The translations under genes and the position numbers were made by a program. Of a DNA stretch of 64,000 nucleotides, positions 40,354 through 48,877 are shown piece by piece. Source of the stretch: Pseudogracilibacillus sp. (lineage in GTDB: Bacteria; Bacillota; Bacilli; Bacillales; Amphibacillaceae); NCBI GenBank assembly GCA_032113595.1, contig DAMCTP010000001.1, positions 17,777-81,776 on the forward strand, given 5' to 3'. Positions within the stretch are counted from its first letter, which is position 1, and each line of letters starts with the position of its first letter. The notes below the pieces were generated by a model that was given only the letters and a program-made list of their open reading frames with translations, did not search any database and was not told the origin of the DNA.

Positions 40354-41397
40354 TTACAAATCATCAAAGCCATTCAAATCACTCGTTTTTGTATATTGAC
40401 GTGACTTTTGTTCGAAAAAATCTGTTTTTGTCCCATCAAAATTATCGACATAGGCTCTAATCCATTTCATTGGATTCTCTACATAATCGGGATATATCTC
40501 ATTCAACCCCATCATTCGCAACATTTTATTTGCTCGATATTTAATATATCCCATCATCTCTTCTACATCAATCCCTTTTACCTTTTTCAATACATAAGTT
40601 GACCATTCAATTTCTAAATCAACTGATTGTTTGAATCGTTCATATACCCAACCAATAAGTGCCTCATTATTATAGGCAGGATTTTCCGCCAAAGTGGCAC
40701 GAAACAATTCGGAAATAAAACGGCCATGTTCTAATTCATCCCGATTAATATAACTAACCATCGTAGAAGTGCCAACCATTTTATTGTGACGTGCTAAATT
40801 GTAAAAGAAGGCGAAGCCAGAGTAAAAAAACATTCCTTCCAAAAGTGCCGTATAGACACATGTTTTCAAAATATTCTCAATCGTCGGCTTGGAGACAAAC
40901 AAATTATATTGATCCATGATGGCTTCGTTTCTTTTTAACAAGATTGGATCTCTTCGTCCTAGCTCAAACGATTTATTTTGCTTAGCTAGCGAAACTACCG
41001 AGGAAAGTACGTAAGAATAACTTTCATTATGGACTGCTTCTTGTTGGGCGATAACAGCCATAATCGATTGCACAGATGGATCTGTTGCATACAGTGAGAT
41101 TAATAATGCCGTTCTCGTTTGCGGGGCATCTAATGTTGATAAAAGTCCGATAATTTTTAAATAAGCATCTTGTTCTTCTTCCGTTAAATTGGGAAATTCA
41201 TTAACATCATTTGCCATACTCACTTCATCCGCTTGCCAATAGTTTCCCACTAATCGTTTATACATCTTATACCAATGGGGATATGCAATATCATTCCAAT
41301 TTAAAATTCCACTCGTTTTACCCCCGAATAACCTCGTTGATTTGTTTGGATTTTTTGGTTCTAATGTTTTTGCCCTATGAAGCAATAATGCCGTCAT
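40354..41397 (-). CDS. nrdB: Class I ribonucleotide reductase beta subunit
   Basis: Metal ligands D (LDAPQ), EAVH, E (LEGMFFYSGF) and DELEH; radical Tyr (HNESY); C-terminal TDFFEQ...Y. Confidence 0.93.
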   Translation of the reverse strand: MTALLLHRAKTLEPKNPNKSTRLFGGKTSGILNWNDIAYPHWYKMYKRLVGNYWQADEVSMANDVNEFPNLTEEEQDAYLKIIGLLSTLDAPQTRTALLISLYATDPSVQSIMAVIAQQEAVHNESYSYVLSSVVSLAKQNKSFELGRRDPILLKRNEAIMDQYNLFVSKPTIENILKTCVYTALLEGMFFYSGFAFFYNLARHNKMVGTSTMVSYINRDELEHGRFISELFRATLAENPAYNNEALIGWVYERFKQSVDLEIEWSTYVLKKVKGIDVEEMMGYIKYRANKMLRMMGLNEIYPDYVENPMKWIRAYVDNFDGTKTDFFEQKSRQYTKTSDLNGFDDL

Positions 41398-41812
41398 ATT
41401 TCAACACTCCTTCTAACCATTGGTCTATTAGACGTTCTTGATATCCCCTTGGTGATTGTTCGATTTTCAACCCATCCCAGGGGCTTTGATAAAAAGTTAC
41501 CAATCGATCAACTGCCCGACAAAATAAATCATCACCACCAAATTGTGTATCACCTGATCCAAAAACAGCAATATTTTTTGGTTTATAACCAACTTCTGAA
41601 ACGAAGTCCTTTATTTCATCTGGAGTATAACCATACTCCCACGTAAATGTCCCGAGAAAAATTTTATCATATTGTGATACATCCGGAATCATTCCATAGC
41701 CAATTTCATATGTGTCAACTTCCGCTCCGTCGTAATGAAGTCTTGCCTCAATATACTGAGCAATTTCTTCTGTGTTACCACTGTAGGATAAATAAGCAAT
41801 TAAATATTTCAT
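41375..41812 (-). CDS. Short-chain flavodoxin
   Basis: SYSGNT, GTFTWEYG and VFGSGD motifs. Start moved to 41812 (ATGA overlap with the nrdA stop). Confidence 0.9.
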   Translation of the reverse strand: MKYLIAYLSYSGNTEEIAQYIEARLHYDGAEVDTYEIGYGMIPDVSQYDKIFLGTFTWEYGYTPDEIKDFVSEVGYKPKNIAVFGSGDTQFGGDDLFCRAVDRLVTFYQSPWDGLKIEQSPRGYQERLIDQWLEGVLKYDGIIAS

Positions 41813-44040
41813 GAATGACACCACTCACATTCTTCTATATCACTTGACGTTGAACGAACGTAATAGGTCGTTTTCAACCCTTTACGCCAGGCTTGTAATT
41901 GTAAATCCAAGAGTACTGAGGCTCGAATTGTGTTTGGTACGTAAAGGTTGAATGAAATACTTTGATCAATATGCCTTTGTCGTGCTGCATTTTGCCTGAC
42001 AGACCACCGTTGGTCTAAAATATAAGCGGAACGACGATAAATACGATACGTATGATGGTCTAAATCAGGTGCTGTGAATGGAATTTTAAAATCCTTTTTC
42101 TCTTCGTGATAAAATACTTGGAAAATCGGATCAATACTCGCCGTTGAACCGGCAATCATTGCTGTAGAAGAGTTTGGTGCAATCGCCATTAAATAAGCAT
42201 TTCGGATACCATGTTCCATTACTTGCTTTTTTAATGTAAGCCATTTGTCTCCTTCATATTTTCTAATATCAAAATAAGCGCCTGTTGACCATTTACTGCC
42301 CTCAAATTTCGGATAACATCCTTTTTCCTTACTCAATTCCATACTCGCCTCAATCGTTAAATAAGCAATATGTTCATACAGTTCATCTGCATATTGAACC
42401 GCTTCTTCACTTTCCCATTCTATTTCTTTTTGTGCGAGAAGATGGTGCCAACCAAATGTCCCCAATCCAATTGCACGATACTTTTGATTGGTAATTTGTG
42501 CTTGCATAATCGGTAATGTATTAATATCAATTACATTATCTAACATTCTTACTTGAATAGGGATTAATCTTTCCAATATATTGGTAGGAACAGCACGTCC
42601 TAGGTTAATGGAACTTAAATTACAAACGACATAATCACCCGATTGATATTTTTTTACAATCGTTTCATCATCTTCCAAATATTGTTCAATAAATTGTGTT
42701 GGTGACTGATTTTGTGTAATTTCCGTACACAAATTTGAACAATAGATCATCCCCTCATGATCATTAGAATTACTTCTATTCACCTCATCACGGTAAAACA
42801 TAAATGGGGTCCCTGTTTCAAGCTGTGATACCATGATTCGTTTCATAATATCAATTGCAGGAACTACCTTTCGTGATAAACTATTATTCGCAATACACTC
42901 AAAATATTTTTGACGCCATGAGCCTTCCCCGATTTTTTCATCATAGTAATCTTCCAATTGAAAACCCATGATTTGTCTTACTTCATGTGGGTCAAATAGA
43001 TACCAATCTCCTCTAGCCTCTACTTGTTCCATAAAATAGTCGGGAAGTGTCACCCCTAGGAAAATATCATGGGCCCGCATTCGCTCATCACCATTATTTA
43101 ATTTTAAATCTAAAAAAGACTCGATATCAGAATGCCAAACATCTAAATATACTGCAATAGCCCCTTTTCGTGTTCCTAATTGGTCAACACTTACAGCCGT
43201 ATTATTCAACTGACGAATCCAAGGAACAACACCACTTGACATCCCTTTAAAGTTTTTTATTGAACTACCCCTTCCACGCACTTTCCCCATATATACACCG
43301 ATACCACCACCATTTTTCGATAGCTGTGCGACATCTGTATTCACATCATAAATTGACTGCAAACTATCACTGACAGTATCTATGAAACATGAACTTAATT
43401 GTCCATGGGTTTTACCTGCATTTGTCATCGTTGGTGTAGCAACAGTCATGTATAAATTGCTTAATGCCCAATAGGCCTCCTTTACTAACTTTCTTCTTTT
43501 CGATGTTGGTTCATCCTGCATTAAATGCATCGCAATGATCATCCATCTTTCTTGCGGTAATTCAAAAACATTTTTATTATGATCTGTTGCTAAATAACGG
43601 GTGGCTAAAGTGTATAAAGCCAAATAATTAAAGAAATAATCTCTTTCAGAAACGATGCATTGATTAAAATAGTTAATATCACTTAGGGAATACTTTTCCA
43701 AAATAGTCGGTGTGTAAATGCCTTTTTCTGTTAGTTGTTGAATCATTTGATAAAAGTCGCTATAAGGATTTGCTACTTTTATTTTTCGATTGGTTCTGGC
43801 ATCCTCATATAGTTGGTTTAAATAAATCCTACTTGCAACATAAGTCCAATTAGGATTGGCCTCATCAATATTTTCTAGGGCGATCTTTATAGATAAATTA
43901 GTTAGTTTCTTAAGCGTTTCATCACCCGTCAGCCCCCTTTGAAGTTTCTCTTTAAATGATTGTACGTCTACTTGTAAATCCTTTGTTACTTCCTGTACAA
44001 AGTGTGACAAGTCATGTTCGATTCCCATTAAACGATTCAT
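41809..44040 (-). CDS. nrdA: Class I ribonucleotide reductase alpha subunit
   Basis: ATPT, SSCF, NLCTE (radical Cys), VCNL, KTTYY and C-terminal CEWC. Confidence 0.95.
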   Translation of the reverse strand: MNRLMGIEHDLSHFVQEVTKDLQVDVQSFKEKLQRGLTGDETLKKLTNLSIKIALENIDEANPNWTYVASRIYLNQLYEDARTNRKIKVANPYSDFYQMIQQLTEKGIYTPTILEKYSLSDINYFNQCIVSERDYFFNYLALYTLATRYLATDHNKNVFELPQERWMIIAMHLMQDEPTSKRRKLVKEAYWALSNLYMTVATPTMTNAGKTHGQLSSCFIDTVSDSLQSIYDVNTDVAQLSKNGGGIGVYMGKVRGRGSSIKNFKGMSSGVVPWIRQLNNTAVSVDQLGTRKGAIAVYLDVWHSDIESFLDLKLNNGDERMRAHDIFLGVTLPDYFMEQVEARGDWYLFDPHEVRQIMGFQLEDYYDEKIGEGSWRQKYFECIANNSLSRKVVPAIDIMKRIMVSQLETGTPFMFYRDEVNRSNSNDHEGMIYCSNLCTEITQNQSPTQFIEQYLEDDETIVKKYQSGDYVVCNLSSINLGRAVPTNILERLIPIQVRMLDNVIDINTLPIMQAQITNQKYRAIGLGTFGWHHLLAQKEIEWESEEAVQYADELYEHIAYLTIEASMELSKEKGCYPKFEGSKWSTGAYFDIRKYEGDKWLTLKKQVMEHGIRNAYLMAIAPNSSTAMIAGSTASIDPIFQVFYHEEKKDFKIPFTAPDLDHHTYRIYRRSAYILDQRWSVRQNAARQRHIDQSISFNLYVPNTIRASVLLDLQLQAWRKGLKTTYYVRSTSSDIEECEWCHS

Positions 44041-44082
44041 GTAGTTTCCCTCCTATGTATTAATTAACAATTTAATTAAAGT

Positions 44083-44122
44083 AAAAAAATCGTCTATCCC
44101 CAACATATGAGAATAAACGATT
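44083..44122 (-). terminator. Cobalamin riboswitch expression-platform terminator
   Basis: Minus strand AATCGTTTATTCTC-loop-GGGATAGACGATTTTTTT, upstream of the nrdA RBS. Confidence 0.8.
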
Positions 44123-44196
44123 GAATTGATAATAATTCATGATCACATTAATCGCTTCATTCTCCCTCACCCCGGGGAACAGAAACTTTTCAGCGT

Positions 44197-44394
44197 CCTT
44201 GGTAGGTCTCCTGACTCATGTGAATTACCTACTCGAAACCTTCCCATGCCTTTATCACTTTGGAAGTGATGGGACTTTCACCCATCATCCATTTTAATTA
44301 GCACAGTGGTATCTTCTTTCGTCACATATACAGTTGCGGGGGCAGTTCTAGCTTTTTACTAGATTCCCTTTTCAGACACAAAGTGTCACCAAAA
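44197..44394 (-). ncRNA. Cobalamin (AdoCbl) riboswitch
   Basis: Minus strand GGTG...AAAAGGGAATC...CTGCCCCCGCAACTGT...CCACTG...GGGAAGG...AGTCAGGAGACCTACC (B12 box). Confidence 0.93.
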
Positions 44395-44440
44395 ACACTA
44401 TATATTGTATTTAGTTTTTATGTGAAACTAGATATTGTGT
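44395..44440. promoter_or_regulatory. Tandem NrdR boxes
   Basis: ACACTATATATTGTAT (44395-44410) and AAACTAGATATTGTGT (44425-44440) match acaCwAtATaTwGtgt. Confidence 0.85.
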
Positions 44441-44442
44441 CT

Positions 44443-44471
44443 AATATACTATACATAAAATCTTTTTGCAA
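44443..44471 (-). promoter_or_regulatory. Sigma-A-type promoter for the nrd operon
   Basis: TTGCAA-N17-TATATT immediately upstream of the NrdR boxes. Confidence 0.6.
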
Positions 44472-44495
44472 CCTTAAAAACAATGGGAAAACAAA

Positions 44496-46094
44496 TTACT
44501 TAAAAAAATACCTAATGATTTGTTCTAAAACAAATGGCGTTCGTAGGAAGGCACTTTTTTTATGAAGCCTTTCAGTTTCCTTATGAGCATCTTTACCAAA
44601 AGGGCCTAAATTGATAAGGGGTATTTGTAATTTTTTCATATCCTCAAAAGGAATTTCATAAACATCACCCCAACCAGGGGAATTCTGTTTAAAAGATTTC
44701 CAACCTTCGTCATGTTGATCATAACTTATATAACTTAAATCTGATATCCCTGGAAAATAATGAATATGTTTTGGCTTCATATTAAAATTCTCTTTAAATA
44801 TCTTTCCTATATAAGCAACTACCTTTTTATTAGTTGTATTGTGTGCAGTATTTACCGATGGATAATACGATGGTGCAAAGAAAATAATTGTTGCTGGAGC
44901 CAATTCAGGACAATAATTCATCAATTCATCGCATAGTTTAATTGATTTCTCTCGTTCATCTGTTAGGTTGTTTTGTAAAATTTTTGACTCTATTTGTCCA
45001 ACTTTTGAACTGCCATGCTTTTCTATTACATATGCTCGTAACTCATGAAATTCTAGCACTTGGATTGGGTTAGTTTGCCGGTCTATTTGTTGTAATTGGC
45101 AACTGTTAGCATATTGTTTGTCACATTTATTCATTGCTTCGATGGTTACTTGTTTAAACTTCTCCATGATTTGTTCGGCATTGCGATTAAAGACAAAAAC
45201 ATTATACAAAGCATAACTATGATGGGAGGTTTGAACGGAATAGGCCGTTTTTAAATCATTCATTTGTAAACAAATTGGATAAGGGGTAACTTCACCAGCC
45301 TCTTTCTCTACAAATGTGTCATTCCATTCCATTGCTTTCGTTAAATGCGCTGCCATGATATGACTTGTCAAACCACTGAGTGGCTGTCCAGCATGGGTTT
45401 CTTTGCCGAAAAATAATGCTGCTGGCATCATTTTACCGATCGACCCTGTATAAATATGATAGGTCTCATCTGTTTCCGCCTCAGCAAATGTTGGCTCACT
45501 ATTAATCACTAATTCATATTGTAGAGAAAATTGCTTGCCTAAATCGACTAAATTAGGAACGACACCCCTCATTCCTAGCGAATTCACTTCCTCATCGGGT
45601 ACTGTGACGAGTAAAATATTAACCGGCCATTTTTCTACAATTGCTTTCTCTAGTATATGAAGATGAAGAGCAAGGCCTATTTTCATATCCATCGTTCCAC
45701 GTCCAAATAAATATTCCTTAGATTGTATATCTTTTTGGACATCCTCTGAATACTCGCTCAAATTTTGCCGTAACTGTTCAATAAGATTATTAGGTTGTAG
45801 AGCTACAGTTGATAATTCACCATAATCATCTATATGGACAGTATCAAAATGACTCATTAAGATAATCGTGTTTTTAGTTTTACCGTACTTGTACAATGCT
45901 GTTAAGGCGTGTAATTGTGACCCAACATTGTGTAACGTCAATTGTCTACGATTTTTTTCAAAATAGCATAAGGATTGTAATAATTCCATTAAAAGATAGG
46001 GAAACTTTTTTTCACCATTTGTTCCTGTTCGACTATCCCAACCAACTAATTGTTCTAATAACGATTGTAATTGTTCCGCTTCTCTCCACTTCAT
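44496..46094 (-). CDS. rocB: RocB-like M20/M25/M40 metallohydrolase
   Basis: SHFDTV, FGRGTMDMK, VPDEE, GSIGKMMP, YFPGISDLSY and GPFGKDAH motifs. Confidence 0.82.
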   Translation of the reverse strand: MKWREAEQLQSLLEQLVGWDSRTGTNGEKKFPYLLMELLQSLCYFEKNRRQLTLHNVGSQLHALTALYKYGKTKNTIILMSHFDTVHIDDYGELSTVALQPNNLIEQLRQNLSEYSEDVQKDIQSKEYLFGRGTMDMKIGLALHLHILEKAIVEKWPVNILLVTVPDEEVNSLGMRGVVPNLVDLGKQFSLQYELVINSEPTFAEAETDETYHIYTGSIGKMMPAALFFGKETHAGQPLSGLTSHIMAAHLTKAMEWNDTFVEKEAGEVTPYPICLQMNDLKTAYSVQTSHHSYALYNVFVFNRNAEQIMEKFKQVTIEAMNKCDKQYANSCQLQQIDRQTNPIQVLEFHELRAYVIEKHGSSKVGQIESKILQNNLTDEREKSIKLCDELMNYCPELAPATIIFFAPSYYPSVNTAHNTTNKKVVAYIGKIFKENFNMKPKHIHYFPGISDLSYISYDQHDEGWKSFKQNSPGWGDVYEIPFEDMKKLQIPLINLGPFGKDAHKETERLHKKSAFLRTPFVLEQIIRYFFK

Positions 46095-46130
46095 TCCCCT
46101 CATCCCTTTGCATTAATTTTTTCTATAGGC

Positions 46131-47036
46131 TTAATATTGATAGTCTTCTATTCTCGCAAAAAATGGCTTAATAAACTCAAAAAATAACTTTTCTGTCGGT
46201 AGTAATTCCCTTTCAGTCGGAATGATAGCAGCGACTGACCGTTTTAGGTTTGGTTCAGAAATGGGGACCTTTACGGTTGCCCTAGGTAAACAATCGACAA
46301 TAGTTACCTCAGGAATTAACGTAATTCCTAGTCCCGCTGAAACAAGTCCTTTAATCGTATCAAAATCTTCCCCTTCAAATGCAACATTCGGTTGGAAGCC
46401 CCTTTGTTGGCATCCATCCATAATTAATTTACGAATGACGTTGCCTTTAGGAAAAAGGACGAAAGTTTCATTTTGCAATTCATTTAACAACAAAGAAGAT
46501 TTTGTTGCTAACGGATGATTAGATGGTAATAGAGCCACAATATTTTCTGTAAATAGTATTTTACTTTTTATTCTCTCTTCTTCGATAGGGGGTGGCCCAA
46601 CTAATGCAATATTAATTTGCCCTTTTTTGACCGCTTCAATTAACTCAACATATGCTGATTGATTCAATTCAAATTTAACGTCTGGATATTGCTGCCTAAA
46701 GTAATAAATCGCAGTCGGCATAATATAAGACGCTAAACTCGTTGTAAATCCTATATGAATGGTGCCCTTTTTAGGGTCAACATACTCCTTCACAATCTGC
46801 CTAGCCCCATCAATGACATGCATCGCACGTTCCATTTGTTCTAAAAATATTCGCCCAATTGGGGTTAAACGAATGGAGCGTCCTTCACGGATAAACAAAT
46901 CAACACCCAGTTCATCCTCTAGATTAAATATTTGCCGGCTAATGGCTGATTGTGCGACATGTAATTTTTTAGATGCTTCTGTCACATGTTCACTTCTTGC
47001 TACTTCCATAAAATATTTAATTTGTCTGAGTTCCAT
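46131..47036 (-). CDS. gltC: LysR-family regulator, GltC-like
   Basis: MELRQIKYFMEVARSEHVTEASKKLHVAQSAISRQI and C-terminal sequence resemble B. subtilis GltC. Start moved to 47036 after GGAGGAGG. Confidence 0.82.
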   Translation of the reverse strand: MELRQIKYFMEVARSEHVTEASKKLHVAQSAISRQIFNLEDELGVDLFIREGRSIRLTPIGRIFLEQMERAMHVIDGARQIVKEYVDPKKGTIHIGFTTSLASYIMPTAIYYFRQQYPDVKFELNQSAYVELIEAVKKGQINIALVGPPPIEEERIKSKILFTENIVALLPSNHPLATKSSLLLNELQNETFVLFPKGNVIRKLIMDGCQQRGFQPNVAFEGEDFDTIKGLVSAGLGITLIPEVTIVDCLPRATVKVPISEPNLKRSVAAIIPTERELLPTEKLFFEFIKPFFARIEDYQY

Positions 47037-47085
47037 TATTTTATCCTCCTCCAATAATACCTTTATAACTTCTTTCCCTTTCATT

Positions 47086-47150
47086 ATCTCATATTGATAT
47101 CGATTTTATCTATTTTTTATATTGTTTAGATTGATTTTTTCATGTAAAAT
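47086..47150 (+). promoter_or_regulatory. GltC-type Box I/Box II and gdhA promoter
   Basis: ATCTCATATTGATAT (47086-47100), 7 bp, ATCTATTTTTTATAT (47108-47122), then TTGTTT-N17-TAAAAT. Confidence 0.7.
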
Positions 47151-47210
47151 GAAAGGAGCTATTAATTTAAATCAATTTTAATGCATTTTGCTTCAGTTAG
47201 GAGAGGGTAC

Positions 47211-48596
47211 ATGATGTTATCCATTAATGAAAATAGTACTAAGAGTGAAAAAGAAGCCATTGCTTACATGAGAGATATTTATAATAAATTAGAAGCACGT
47301 GATCCTGATGAGAAAGAATTTTTACAGGCTGTTAAAATCCTGCTTCATTCCCTTGTGCCTATCTTTGTGAAAAACCGCACATACTTAGAACATAATATTC
47401 TGGAACAAATTTTGGAGCCCGAACGGATGATTATTTTCCGTGTGCCTTGGGTAGATGACAAAGGAAATGTTCAAGTAAATCGTGGTTATCGCGTACAATT
47501 TAACAGTGCTATCGGCCCGTATAAGGGTGGCATACGTTTTCATCCATCTGTTAATTTAAGTGTCATGAAGTTTTTATCATTAACGCAAATATTCAAAAAT
47601 GCTCTAACTGGTCAACCTATCGGGGGTGGTAAAGGTGGAGCGGATTTTGACCCAAAAGGAAAATCCGATAATGAAATCATGCGCTTTTGTCAGAGCTTTA
47701 TGACTGAGCTATATCGCTACATTGGCCCTGACACTGATGTACCTGCTGGTGATATCGGTGTCGGGAAACGTGAAGTCGGATATATGTTTGGCCAATATAA
47801 ACGGTTAAGGGGAGCTTATGAAGCCGGTGTTTTGACTGGAAAGGGTATTAATTATGGTGGTAGCCTAGGTAGAACCGAGGCAACTGGATATGGTACGATT
47901 TACTTTGTCGAAGAAATGTTAAAAGAAAAACGGATGAATTTCCGTAACAAAACATTAATCACTTCCGGATCGGGAAATGTTGCTATTTATGCGATGGAAA
48001 AGGCGATTAAATTAGGGGCAAAAGTGGTTGCTTGTAGTGATTCAAATGGTTATGTATTTGACAAGAATGGTTTAAGCCTACAGACTATCAAAAGAATTAA
48101 ATTTTCCGAAGGGGCAAGAATTAAGGAATACATTAAAGAACATCCTGAGGCAGAATATTTTGATGATTGTAGTAAAATCTGGTCTATTCCCTGTGATATT
48201 GCCCTCCCATGTGCGACCCAAAATGAAATCGATGCCGATTCCGCATCAATCCTTGTTAAAAATGGGGTAAAAGTGGTTGCTGAAGGGGCTAATATGCCAT
48301 GTTCGATAGAGGCAATAGATATCTTTTTAGAAAATGGGGTTATGTTTGGTCCGGCACAGGCAGTTAATGCTGGTGGTGTCGCTTGTTCATCCCTTGAAAT
48401 GGCCCAAAATAGTGCAAGACTATCGTGGACTTTTGATGAGGTGGATGAAAAAGTAAAGGAAATTATGAAAGATATTTATCGAAATTGTACCCGCTCAGCT
48501 TCAAATTATGGCTACCCTGATAATTTGGTGATTGGTTCCAGTATTGCCGGTTTTACAAAAGTTGCTGATACGATGATTGAGCAAGGCGTCATTTAA
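47211..48596 (+). CDS. gdhA: NADP-specific glutamate dehydrogenase
   Basis: GPYKGGIRFHPSV, GGGKGG, VPAGDIGVG, SGSGNVA and EGANMP. Start moved to ATG 47211 after AGGAGAGG. Confidence 0.92.
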   Translation: MMLSINENSTKSEKEAIAYMRDIYNKLEARDPDEKEFLQAVKILLHSLVPIFVKNRTYLEHNILEQILEPERMIIFRVPWVDDKGNVQVNRGYRVQFNSAIGPYKGGIRFHPSVNLSVMKFLSLTQIFKNALTGQPIGGGKGGADFDPKGKSDNEIMRFCQSFMTELYRYIGPDTDVPAGDIGVGKREVGYMFGQYKRLRGAYEAGVLTGKGINYGGSLGRTEATGYGTIYFVEEMLKEKRMNFRNKTLITSGSGNVAIYAMEKAIKLGAKVVACSDSNGYVFDKNGLSLQTIKRIKFSEGARIKEYIKEHPEAEYFDDCSKIWSIPCDIALPCATQNEIDADSASILVKNGVKVVAEGANMPCSIEAIDIFLENGVMFGPAQAVNAGGVACSSLEMAQNSARLSWTFDEVDEKVKEIMKDIYRNCTRSASNYGYPDNLVIGSSIAGFTKVADTMIEQGVI

Positions 48597-48602
48597 AATA
48601 AA

Positions 48603-48779
48603 AGCGCAGTTAAAGTTTATTGTTGAAAATAGATATAATTGATAAAAAGTACGAGACTCCTGTGGGAGGGCTTGAGCTGAAGACCCACTTAGTAAAGTGA
48701 ACTAATTTACTAAGTTATCTGAAGCCTAGCCCACTGAAAAGCAAGTACTATTTATCAACAACCAGATTTAACAGAGCCA
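48603..48779. mobile_element. MITE-like element with bipartite terminal inverted repeats (copy 3) and a palindromic Bacillaceae-type interior
   Basis: Left end AGCGCAGTTAAA-gtttatt-GTTGA; right end reverse complement GGCTCTGTTAAA-tcttggtt-GTTGAT. Interior CGAGACTCCTGTGGG...GAGCTGAAGACCC...CTGAAGCC...CCCAC with an ACTTAGTAAA/TTTACTAAGT hairpin. Confidence 0.7.
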
Positions 48780-48877
48780 AAATAAATGGAACTATTGATA
48801 TTTTAATAAATTGAATATACCCTGATGAGTAAATAAAATTAATACAGTTCATTGAGCAATTTTCAGGAGGACCTATT

